The notes below the pieces were generated by a model. It was not told the origin of the DNA. It saw only the letters and a program-made list of their open reading frames with translations, and ran no database searches. A stretch of 64,000 nucleotides of DNA, from sequence record LC727695.1. One strand, written 5' to 3'. Position 1 is the first letter of the stretch; each line of letters begins with the position of its first letter. The translations under genes were made by a program, and so were the position numbers. Shown here piece after piece: positions 55,987 through 64,000 of the stretch.

Positions 55987-56415
55987 ACTTTCAAGGAAGA
56001 TAGTGGTCACATCCTACATCCAAACTTTGGTTATGATAAGTTAACTGAAGATGATACACACTTAGATAGACTATTATCGACAGTAGGGGCAGTAAGACCG
56101 TCTACAGCAGCACGTTTAACAAGAGAAGCATATCTACTTGATTACGATATCGGTTCACCAGAAAACGGACCCATGTGGTTAAATAAGGTAAATCCTAAAG
56201 AGGACTTTATCGAAGGTGGGTTGAGAAGGAGACTGACTAGAGATTTCTTCAAGTATAAAGTAGGTAGCTTATCTAATATGTCATTAACTGAATTCTTTGA
56301 ATTAGCTTATTCTGAGGTAGAATACATAATTGAATTATGTAGAAATATTACCCATAATGAAGCTGTTAATAACAATAACCAGTTAAATGAATTAAACAAG
56401 CCGTTAACTAAATAA
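55912..56415 (+). CDS. -1 frame ORF continuing the gp77-like gene (includes the 80 aa ORF 56173..56415)
   Basis: The frame is open from 55901 to the TAA at 56415 with no ATG before 56173. Its C-terminus (SLTEFFELAYSEVEYIIEL) resembles tail-chaperone T / T4 gp51-like peptides. Confidence 0.65.
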   Translation, partial: FFYFGGLEVKPDGVVNDLRYSRLEATFKEDSGHILHPNFGYDKLTEDDTHLDRLLSTVGAVRPSTAARLTREAYLLDYDIGSPENGPMWLNKVNPKEDFIEGGLRRRLTRDFFKYKVGSLSNMSLTEFFELAYSEVEYIIELCRNITHNEAVNNNNQLNELNKPLTK

Positions 56416-56432
56416 AAAAAAATAAAGACAGG

Positions 56433-56454
56433 CCCCTCTCCATGTGGAGAGGGG
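56433..56454. terminator. Bidirectional terminator, near-copy of 1037-1088
   Basis: CCCCTCTCCA-tg-TGGAGAGGGG. Confidence 0.85.
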
Positions 56455-56465
56455 TTTATGTCGCC

Positions 56466-56609
56466 TTACTTACGTGCAAAGCTAGCTACAAGACCTTTGA
56501 TAGCTAGAGCGACCATCCAGGCCGTTAACCCCTTCATTGGGCGGATATCAACCCGTTCTTCGATATCCAGATTGCCCTCACTATTGATTACCTCAATTCG
56601 TACTTGCAT
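56466..56609 (-). CDS. Small protein, 47 aa (absent from the ORF track)
   Basis: MQVRIEVINSEGNLDIEERVDIRPMKGLTAWMVALAIKGLVASFARK*, AAGGAG RBS. Confidence 0.7.
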   Translation of the reverse strand: MQVRIEVINSEGNLDIEERVDIRPMKGLTAWMVALAIKGLVASFARK

Positions 56610-56671
56610 GGTCTACTCCTTATCAGGGTGGGATATGATATTCAAAAGTCTTTTGATATAAAGATGGCATA

Positions 56672-56700
56672 TTACCCCACCAATAAAAGGCGGGGTAATA
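56672..56700 (-). terminator. Probable terminator
   Basis: ATTACCCCACC-aataaaa-GGCGGGGTAAT overlapping the end of the 64 aa gene. Confidence 0.6.
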
Positions 56701-56704
56701 TTTA

Positions 56705-56899
56705 TTAAACCATCAGATATCCTAATGGGAATAAAGCAAAGAAGCCATATAAAACAACAAGCAGTGTCTTTTGGCGAACATACCGGGATTTAATACTATC
56801 TTTATCTAAGTCAAACTTGACATAAAGATAAATCTGATAACTTTTATATCCCATACTAGCCACAAGGGCTATTACTATAAGTTGACACAAAAAGACCAT
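56705..56899 (-). CDS. Small two-TM membrane protein
   Basis: 64 aa with two hydrophobic segments. Confidence 0.6.
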   Translation of the reverse strand: MVFLCQLIVIALVASMGYKSYQIYLYVKFDLDKDSIKSRYVRQKTLLVVLYGFFALFPLGYLMV

Positions 56900-56954
56900 A
56901 GTGGGATGCTCTTATTATTAGAGAACAATGATCAATTGTTCTTACATAGCATGT

Positions 56955-57146
56955 CTATTTAATATGCATGATTATCATATTAAATAACCACAACCCTAAC
57001 ATAAGGGTAAACATACTGCAAATCAAGCCACTTACAATCATTGCTTTTTGTTTGATTGTTTTAGCAGCAGCAAGAAATATAATTGAAGTTATTAATCCAC
57101 TAAATGCAATTAATAGTGGTACTAAAAATAACAATACCCGAGCCAT
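56955..57146 (-). CDS. Small two-TM membrane protein
   Basis: 63 aa, almost entirely hydrophobic, GAGGTG RBS. Confidence 0.7.
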   Translation of the reverse strand: MARVLLFLVPLLIAFSGLITSIIFLAAAKTIKQKAMIVSGLICSMFTLMLGLWLFNMIIMHIK

Positions 57147-57158
57147 ATAGACACCTCA

Positions 57159-57416
57159 TCAAAATAGATAAGTTGTACATGTCAGTGAATAGTTAGTCCA
57201 GCAACTAACAATAGTACTTACCCATATGGTAACTAATACAATGCTTACGGAGAGAAAAAGCATAGCGTACTGGCATGCACTTTTATTAAAGATATCTTTA
57301 AACTCAAGATATGTTTTAATAATAAATATCAGCATGCATGTTAGAAGAATATCAACTAAGATCAAAGTACTGACTAGAAGCCATGTTGCACCAAAGATCT
57401 GATCAACTGTATACAT
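57159..57416 (-). CDS. Small two-TM membrane protein
   Basis: Start re-called at MYTVDQ through a TAATG overlap with the 21 aa ORF. Confidence 0.7.
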   Translation of the reverse strand: MYTVDQIFGATWLLVSTLILVDILLTCMLIFIIKTYLEFKDIFNKSACQYAMLFLSVSIVLVTIWVSTIVSCWTNYSLTCTTYLF

Positions 57417-57481
57417 TATTTCCACTCCCATAGTTTATAAGCTATAACTACAATTGTAATCATAATCAATTTTTTCTTCAT
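57416..57481 (-). CDS. 21 aa membrane peptide (absent from the ORF track)
   Basis: MKKKLIMITIVVIAYKLWEWK*, AGGGT RBS, first ORF after an early promoter. Confidence 0.55.
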   Translation of the reverse strand: MKKKLIMITIVVIAYKLWEWK

Positions 57482-57510
57482 TGTAAATACCCTATAGTTT
57501 TATCACATTT

Positions 57511-57527
57511 GTGATATACTGTTTAAA
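57511..57527 (-). promoter_or_regulatory. phiKZ-type early promoter (variant)
   Basis: Minus strand TTTAAacagTATATCAC. Confidence 0.75.
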
Positions 57528-57559
57528 ATGCTTTAAATACAAAAAATAAAAAAAGCATA

Positions 57560-57583
57560 ATCCCTCCCAACTAAGGGAGGGAT
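57560..57583 (-). terminator. Terminator after the helicase gene
   Basis: ATCCCTCCC-aactaa-GGGAGGGAT. Confidence 0.85.
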
Positions 57584-57598
57584 CATTTATGCCATTTA

Positions 57599-59212
57599 CT
57601 ATAAACGCATCATGCGCATACTTTTAGTTTTACCCATGAAATGATTTTCTTTATTTCTAGCGTATCTGCAATGATGAGGTATGTTATTACAAACCATGAA
57701 TGTTAACCTTGGTATTACATCAGGCCAGTTCTTCAATGGTCTTAGTCGTCCAAGAATTTGGATGCTGTCCTTTTTAGAGTCAGTTGCTTGTAATAGAATA
57801 ACTTCCCTTAAATTCCTAATATCAACACCAGTACCAGATGATTTAATAGTTGATACAGTGATATCATTAGTCATTAATCTATCATACGGACTACCCGAAA
57901 CATGTCTATTAATCTGAAGATCTGGATATTGTTTCTTAAGATAAGCTGTCAGTACATCGATAAAGTTTACAGTCGCGCATAATAGCAAACATTTCTGACC
58001 TTCAATACGATCCTTTATATAAACGCCATCTACAATACGTTTAACCATCTTTAAATAGAAGTCTAGTCGCCTAGGATTCTTCATCATTACTGTTTCATAA
58101 CGAGCATGGTTATATGTATTTTTAAATGGAGTTAAATAGTCCTTAGGTTTAATAGTTGGTTCACTATATAACAAGCCAATAACATTGATGTATGAGTCAT
58201 ATGCAGGTAACCTACACTTTGTAGTGGCAGGTAGCATGACATCAATCATTTTAGTAACAAACTGATTACCAGTGTATGGAGTAGCTGATAAATAGATTTG
58301 TTTATTGACATTGGTATATAGATCAGTACGAAATACTAATCCTGGATCTTCTTGAATCTCATCATTGATCTGCCAACCTGCTCCAATAACCTCATGGAAT
58401 CTAGGTGGTGGTACATTAAATCCAACTACATCGATTTTTTCACCTAATCGTTCAAAAGTATCGATATATGCACGGTATGTTGTAGAACTAATGAGAATAA
58501 TTTCAACACCCTCTAAATCATTCTCTAGTCCGCGATTAATTAGATTCTGTAACTCAGCAGATCCAGATACTTTTAAATATTTTATACCTAGCTGATCTTC
58601 ATAACCAACAAATGTTTCTTTTAATGCTTTCTCCCAAATACCGAAATATTTAGGTGGAATCATAACAACACCACGTTCTTTCATTACTGCAACTGAAGCT
58701 AAACTAGTTAAGGTTTTACCTTTACCAGTCTGTAAATCAACACGTGCTGAATGTAAATGTGGTCTTAGAATATCTTCGCGGATGGTTTCCTGATAATCCC
58801 TTAGAACATAATGTTCAAATAAAGTATAGTCTACTTTAACAGCTGTTGGTACAGGAATATCTACAATTTCAATTCTAGTAGATGGTATATTCTTATCGGC
58901 TAGATAATTAATAAGTTCTTGAAGACATTCACGATGGATGAATACAGATTTACCATCTTCTGTTTCACCATAATATTTTTTCTTTATTTCCATTATGGTG
59001 CGTTGACCAGGTATCTTCTTAGGTTCTTTTAAAACCAGTTTATTAAGATATCCAGTCATCTTTAAGTATGTTTCCCGATCGTAACCGGATAAACGAACAC
59101 CATGGGTGTATCGTTCTGCTGTAAGAATCGGTTTCATAAAAAAATCAACGATCGGTAAGGGGAGCAGTGCTCCCCAAACCTCACGTCCTCCACGTCTATC
59201 GCAGTTTACCAC
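57599..59212 (-). CDS. Superfamily 2 DNA/RNA helicase (gp75-like)
   Basis: LQTGKGKT Walker A, DEIQE Walker B, SATP motif III, STIKSSGTGVD motif V and QILGRLR motif VI. The true start may be MKPIL. Confidence 0.9.
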   Translation of the reverse strand: MVNCDRRGGREVWGALLPLPIVDFFMKPILTAERYTHGVRLSGYDRETYLKMTGYLNKLVLKEPKKIPGQRTIMEIKKKYYGETEDGKSVFIHRECLQELINYLADKNIPSTRIEIVDIPVPTAVKVDYTLFEHYVLRDYQETIREDILRPHLHSARVDLQTGKGKTLTSLASVAVMKERGVVMIPPKYFGIWEKALKETFVGYEDQLGIKYLKVSGSAELQNLINRGLENDLEGVEIILISSTTYRAYIDTFERLGEKIDVVGFNVPPPRFHEVIGAGWQINDEIQEDPGLVFRTDLYTNVNKQIYLSATPYTGNQFVTKMIDVMLPATTKCRLPAYDSYINVIGLLYSEPTIKPKDYLTPFKNTYNHARYETVMMKNPRRLDFYLKMVKRIVDGVYIKDRIEGQKCLLLCATVNFIDVLTAYLKKQYPDLQINRHVSGSPYDRLMTNDITVSTIKSSGTGVDIRNLREVILLQATDSKKDSIQILGRLRPLKNWPDVIPRLTFMVCNNIPHHCRYARNKENHFMGKTKSMRMMRL

Positions 59213-61229
59213 CTTTAACTAGTAAGTCATATGGATGGTCATTCCTCATCTTGTTAAGGAAACTGCCTGGGTTATTTAGTGGCTCATGCTGCTTTTCGAA
59301 AGCCATCGCACCACCTAAACTACGACATTGCATTAGCCTATTATATTTTTCAAATTGGCCATTAATACCGGGTTTAGGTAAGCGATAGTCTCGATATTGA
59401 GCTGAACGGATCATCATAGCGTATATCAAGATCTCACAATGGGAAATATTAAGGCTAATCTTTTCATTAGCCATTGTTGCAAATACAGGTAGTGCTTCAA
59501 TTGGTGACTTGTAGTTTTTAAGATACGTTTTAGACGTATATCCAACTTTCTCAGTGCTTAGTTTACCTGCCTCGGCTGAGTCACTACCGGAATGTAAGAA
59601 ACTTTGGAATCGTTTCATTACTTCATACATGTTTACGTGCTTATTTGGTAGCGTTAAGAATGGTAGGTTAAAATCAAAACCACGAAGACTAATGACGATA
59701 TTGTCTCGCTGATCTAGTTCCCAACGGACCATCTTAATATGCTTTAGCATTTCAATAGATAGACTAGCCCTACGGTTATACAGCGACACAGTCAGAACAT
59801 CACCACATTCACCATTCACCTCATCATCATAGACTAGGGCCAGGCTGGTTAGTTCAGTAGCTGAAGTAGCTGGATATGCAGTAAGGTCATCAATCATTAA
59901 AATGTCAGCAAGGTTTTCTGCCTCTGACCGTGCGATTACTAAACGATAATCCTTCTGAGTAAGTTCTTTCTTTAGATATAGTGTCTCTGGGATTTCACCT
60001 GTTCTTAAATAATTACTTTCAATTTTGCCAAGTTTATATTGTTCTACAGCAGAAGACGCATCGGTGTGTTTAGTAGACAATACTGCTGAAGTAATTTTGT
60101 CACCCATCGATACGGCAGCAACCTGACCGATATTAGTTCCTTTTGGAATATTGATACCTAGTCGGCCATAACAAGTCATACAGATACCCTGACTATCTGG
60201 ATGATTACATCCAAATACAGACCTGAATTTCTGTTTAGTTCCAATTAGGTGTGTTTCATTTCCATGGATCCAGTCTAGTTTACCATCTTCTTTTTGATAA
60301 TATTTTCCTTTGAATGCTTTTAAAGTTAACTTAGTTACAGGATACTCAGCTAAGATTGTGGTCTTACAATCACCAGGATGTAGCCTTTGGACATATTGTG
60401 CAATAAGCTGAGATTTCCGGTTAAAGTATTCAGTTACTCGCAGTAGTTCTTTGTTATATAGTAGCGCTTTAGTACCTGAACGAGATTCAATCATATTCTC
60501 ATACAGATTCCAAATACCATCAATATAACCAGTTGTTACCGGATATTTAAAGATATCTGAGTTAATGTCAGTTGGAAAGCCCCGCCAAGCAAATGCTTGT
60601 AGAAGCTGTTCAGTTTTCTGAGTACCAGAACGAAGACCTTCAATGATGCTGTTACCAATGAATTGGGTAGGATCATTAAATACTTCTTTGACTTTACCAT
60701 AACTAATTTTTTCGATACCATAAGTAGTTGGTTCGATATTATGGTTAGCCTCACGTACCTTGGGATGATTATATACTTCAGCAATATCAAACATCGACAA
60801 GGTTGCTAGATATTCAGACAGTTTCACAGTGGTCTGATTATACAGCCAGTTCTTACCTTCAATAGCCAGTTTAGATAGTACTTCAGGATCTACTGTTTCA
60901 CCTGACCAATCATAGATGTTCCAAATAGCCTTATTTAAATGCTTAACCATGGCCTTAGATGTTACTCGGCCACCTTCAACATTTAGATAATCTTTAGGGT
61001 TATCAGTTAAGATGCGATTGAAATCGATATGGTGATCAGATGGAATTGGGCAATCTTTATAATGTTTAAGAGGATACCAACACAGAACGGATAATTTGGT
61101 AATACGGTCAACTGACACAACCGTTTTACCATCATCAAATTCGATTAGATGCCATTCTGAAGGGAGTGACCATAAATCATCATAACTTAGATTTAGAAGA
61201 TCACGCGCTTTATAACGATTAAGATTCAT
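59196..61229 (-). CDS. Non-virion RNA polymerase beta'-like subunit (gp74-like)
   Basis: 677 aa with IESRSGTKAL (bridge helix-like), DC, C...ICMTCYG Zn site and LSTKH (trigger-loop-like) motifs. Confidence 0.88.
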   Translation of the reverse strand: MNLNRYKARDLLNLSYDDLWSLPSEWHLIEFDDGKTVVSVDRITKLSVLCWYPLKHYKDCPIPSDHHIDFNRILTDNPKDYLNVEGGRVTSKAMVKHLNKAIWNIYDWSGETVDPEVLSKLAIEGKNWLYNQTTVKLSEYLATLSMFDIAEVYNHPKVREANHNIEPTTYGIEKISYGKVKEVFNDPTQFIGNSIIEGLRSGTQKTEQLLQAFAWRGFPTDINSDIFKYPVTTGYIDGIWNLYENMIESRSGTKALLYNKELLRVTEYFNRKSQLIAQYVQRLHPGDCKTTILAEYPVTKLTLKAFKGKYYQKEDGKLDWIHGNETHLIGTKQKFRSVFGCNHPDSQGICMTCYGRLGINIPKGTNIGQVAAVSMGDKITSAVLSTKHTDASSAVEQYKLGKIESNYLRTGEIPETLYLKKELTQKDYRLVIARSEAENLADILMIDDLTAYPATSATELTSLALVYDDEVNGECGDVLTVSLYNRRASLSIEMLKHIKMVRWELDQRDNIVISLRGFDFNLPFLTLPNKHVNMYEVMKRFQSFLHSGSDSAEAGKLSTEKVGYTSKTYLKNYKSPIEALPVFATMANEKISLNISHCEILIYAMMIRSAQYRDYRLPKPGINGQFEKYNRLMQCRSLGGAMAFEKQHEPLNNPGSFLNKMRNDHPYDLLVKGGKLR

Positions 61230-61259
61230 TATTTACCTCTTGTATTATTAAACCCCTGA

Positions 61260-62183
61260 TCAATGATCAGGGGCATATTCTAATGCAATACCACTACATT
61301 CAAGCAGGTGATCAAACATAGCTACTGGGCGAGATCCACCAAATGGAATCTTTTCACGATCAACTGCAACTGGTACAGATGAAGGTTTTTCTGCTGTTAG
61401 CCAAGACTCGATAACCGCAGCATGCGCCAATGGGTTATTAGTTTGGTCTAAGATTTCAGCAGTCGGACCTGGACCAACTGTACAGTTATATGACCGAGTT
61501 TCAGATTCACCGAATGACCGGATAGCTGTTTCTCGACCAGGTGTGCTAGCCCTATCAGCATTGTTTAACTTAGAAGGTAGACCAAATGGTTGTGTTTTTA
61601 CAGATGCTGCTGCTGACCAGTCTTCACCAATCTTTTCTAGTAGCATCATGTAAAGTGGACCCATTAAGACATTATCTTTAGTTGTTACCCACTTACCAGC
61701 TTGATCTCGATAAGATACCTTCCCATAGTGTGGTCGATACTTATCGCTATTAATTAATTTGTTGACTGCTGCCATTAGATCCACTGGATCATCAACTGGT
61801 GCGTAGATATATGGGAATCCATCCATTAGTACTGTTTTAACATGTTCTGCTGGATTTGGGTGTTCCATCATTTTACTATGCATTGTTGGAGCAATGATCT
61901 CATAGAAACCTAATAGTTCTTTAAATGCATAATCAACCCATTGCGTATTACCCATTACACTATTTAGTTGTTGCTGGGTTGGTTTGGCATGTCGATCTAG
62001 TCCAGCTTCAACGCGTAGGCGTTGAGCTAGATCTCGTGCAGCTGCGCCAAAACCATGTTCATAAATTCGACCATAATTTGAACGACGCATGGTTGAACCA
62101 CCAAAGATAATTAGATCTGCCCTATTACCATTTTCGTCAATAGGCATATCTTCATCTTCCATTACCTTACAGATGACGCCCTT
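61260..62183 (-). CDS. nvRNAP beta-like subunit, exon 2 (gp73-like)
   Basis: The frame opens at KGVICKVMEDEDMPIDENGNRADLI (7 codons before the ATG at 62162), completing the beta H-G-x-K-G-V motif. GETAIRSFGESE occurs further downstream. Confidence 0.88.
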   Translation of the reverse strand, partial: KGVICKVMEDEDMPIDENGNRADLIIFGGSTMRRSNYGRIYEHGFGAAARDLAQRLRVEAGLDRHAKPTQQQLNSVMGNTQWVDYAFKELLGFYEIIAPTMHSKMMEHPNPAEHVKTVLMDGFPYIYAPVDDPVDLMAAVNKLINSDKYRPHYGKVSYRDQAGKWVTTKDNVLMGPLYMMLLEKIGEDWSAAASVKTQPFGLPSKLNNADRASTPGRETAIRSFGESETRSYNCTVGPGPTAEILDQTNNPLAHAAVIESWLTAEKPSSVPVAVDREKIPFGGSRPVAMFDHLLECSGIALEYAPDH

Positions 62184-62490
62184 CGTTATGTTCAGGTAAG
62201 TTCGCTACGCTTACCCCGCCTCTCGTATTGCAGGCAGCTGCATGTCACCATGCAGACCAGACTATATCTTAACCTTCACCCTAGGTGGTCAGGTCCCTCC
62301 CATTTCCACTCGCTTGAGTGTACTCCGCGTAACCGGATAGTCGTTGAACGTTCAATCCATTTCTGGAAAGCTTCGCTGCTGATTGTCTCATTGAGATGTC
62401 CCAGCAATTAGAGAGGATTTACTTGACTCTTTCGAGATCAAGCAGGCAATTTGACAATATCCATTCCTGAGAGATGGATGGATATTAATT
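62184..62490 (-). mobile_element. Group I intron (IA2-like), 307 nt, with no homing endonuclease ORF
   Basis: 5' exon ends in U and pairs with IGS AAUUGCC (U.G at the splice site). The intron ends in G. Core elements P AAUUGCUGGG, Q AAUCAGCAG, R UUCAACGACUA and S AAGAUAUAGUC are present, as are GAAA/GUGA tetraloops. Splicing restores FHGG|KGVI. Confidence 0.92.
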
Positions 62491-63669
62491 ACCACCATGA
62501 AAATCAGTCATCTTGAAAGCACCAGCAGGCATCTTTTGGGCTTTGTAAGTTACTTCGACTCGCCATTCATCTAGTGGGTCTAGTCGATAGAATCGAGATA
62601 GTTTACGGACATTATCAGGTTGAGGTAGGAACATCTGTGCAGTTACAATAAGACGTTCAAATTCCTCAGTGATATGTAGATCATCTTTACGACGTGCTAA
62701 TAGACCACGATAGATCTTTAATAGTTCTCGATAATAACTGCTAAGATGAGTATGATATTTAACTAGTTGTGCATCCATTCCTGTTGGAGTAGGGGATGGA
62801 TTTACACGCTCATCACGCCAAATATCAATATCAATAACCTTCGCACCAGGTGTGCCAATAACAGCTCTATCGAAAGTTCTATCTAGTGTACGAAGTGCCC
62901 TAGGAGTCATCTCGGCAGGAGCTAGATCATCATCATGGTCACGGATGGCGAAGATTACACCATCTGGTCGGATAACATCGCCAATGTCTGGGAATGGTTT
63001 ATAGACCTTATCATCGCCATACATGTTTAAGAAGAAAGCTTTCCTACCAGCATTAGCTACAGCCGTGCTATAACTAGTTGGCATCATCCTTTTAAGGAAA
63101 TTCTTATTAGCTACGAATCCATCTTCAATGGTACCAGCGGCAGATAGGAATACAACATTAGCATTAACACCCATCCCTAAAGTACCGTCTTTCTTAACTG
63201 CACCAGACTGTGCAATCACTGTGTCTTTAGAGAACATTTCATTTGGGGCAATGGTTTCCCACACTTCTCGATTCTTTACAAGTTCATAACCAAAGTCTTG
63301 GTGATGACTCATGTACTCGGGAACATGTAAGACACCAATGGTTTTATATTTGTCAAAATAGTTTTCGTAGATAATAGTTGTTACCGGGTTAGATCTAATA
63401 CTGTCTTTACCAATACCCGTTGGATATTTTCTAAGAACATGTAGTACACGACAATCCTCAGGAAAACGAACATCATGTGTATACTTGGCATACTCTAATT
63501 CAGCACCCGTTAGGAAATAACGCGATTCATTTCCATTTACTTCTGGTGCCTGGCCAATATGTGTTACAAACATAGCACCCCGTGCAGATGAGGTAGTGCC
63601 ATACCAAGGATCTAAACCAGTATGCCCTAATAGGGTTAGATCAATTTCACGTTTACCTAGTTCAGCCAT
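62491..63669 (-). CDS. nvRNAP beta-like subunit, exon 1 (gp71-like)
   Basis: SSARGAMF, TIEDGFVANK and FKMTDFHGG are beta motifs. Start re-called at MAELGK, which overlaps the upstream small ORF stop. Confidence 0.85.
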
Positions 63670-63781
63670 TTTGTTTATCACCATTAATTAGACAAGATGC
63701 AGTACTACTATATTTCTTATTTGCGCTGTTTTTAGATATAGCCTTTTGTAAGACTTCAATGTCTGGTATCACCAATCTCAT
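63662..63781 (-). CDS. 39 aa leader ORF (absent from the ORF track)
   Basis: MRLVIPDIEVLQKAISKNSANKKYSSTASCLINGDKQNG*, with AGGAGGT immediately upstream. Its stop overlaps the RNAP start. Confidence 0.55.
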   Translation of the reverse strand: MRLVIPDIEVLQKAISKNSANKKYSSTASCLINGDKQNG

Positions 63782-63807
63782 ACCTCCTGTTTACTAATTA
63801 CAAATCA

Positions 63808-63824
63808 ATGATATAGATCTTAAA
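63808..63824 (-). promoter_or_regulatory. Early-type promoter for the nvRNAP/helicase operon (variant)
   Basis: Minus strand TTTAAgatcTATATCAT. Confidence 0.7.
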
Positions 63825-63845
63825 TAAAATTTATTGGAATTTATT

Positions 63846-64000
63846 ATGGCATTCACACTGTTAGCTAATCAGCCAGATTCAGGTGAATCTGTTTATTATG
63901 AACCAGGGTTCAGATTAATTATTGAGACTCATTTGAATATCTTACGTAATGTCAGATCCACACGTATTCAGATTCCACCTGAACTGTATTACCAGTTCGA
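63846..64000 (+). CDS. Hypothetical protein, 3'-truncated by the window edge (gp70-like)
   Basis: MAFTLLANQPDSGESVYYEPGFRLIIETHLNILRN..., open to the end of the window. Confidence 0.65.
   Translation, partial: MAFTLLANQPDSGESVYYEPGFRLIIETHLNILRNVRSTRIQIPPELYYQF

Noticed and set aside
55612-56010. 132 aa minus-strand ORF overlapping the gp77-like 3' end
   Set aside because: It is antisense to two overlapping plus-strand frames and has no RBS or promoter.
56458-56661. 67 aa plus-strand ORF MSPYLRAK...
   Set aside because: It starts within the terminator flank. The opposite strand has a 47 aa ORF with a strong AAGGAG RBS that fits the operon direction.

Overview
This is a 64 kb segment of an AT-rich Pseudomonas jumbo myophage of the phiKZ type (Phikzvirus / nucleus-forming phages). 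It runs in reverse orientation relative to the usual phiKZ map and covers roughly the phiKZ gp127 to gp70 interval. The gp numbers below come from my recollection of synteny and protein sizes, not from a database search. Core genes include non-virion RNA polymerase subunits (gp123-like, gp74-like, and gp71/73-like split by a 307-nt ORF-less group I intron), a virion RNAP beta' subunit (gp80-like), the major capsid protein (gp120-like), DnaB, an SF2 helicase, and the exonuclease/motif-A half of the split family B DNA polymerase (gp82-like). A long head, inner-body and baseplate cluster (gp84-gp101-like) and two accessory blocks of small early genes (13.2-21.4 kb and 56.4-57.5 kb) complete the window. 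The strongest unexplained signals are: (1) an in-frame, repeat-containing 26-codon extension directly behind the TGA stop of the major capsid gene, a candidate for stop-codon readthrough; (2) a T TTT TTT slippery site plus a downstream stem that would fuse the gp77-like ORF to a start-less -1 frame ORF, resembling tail-chaperone G/GT frameshifting; (3) a ~640 bp ORF-free hairpin array next to dnaB; (4) an unannotated NADAR-like ORF with ATA at its expected start position, together with an orphan DarG-like macrodomain and an orphan HigA-like antitoxin. No tRNA, rRNA, CRISPR array or transposase was recognised.
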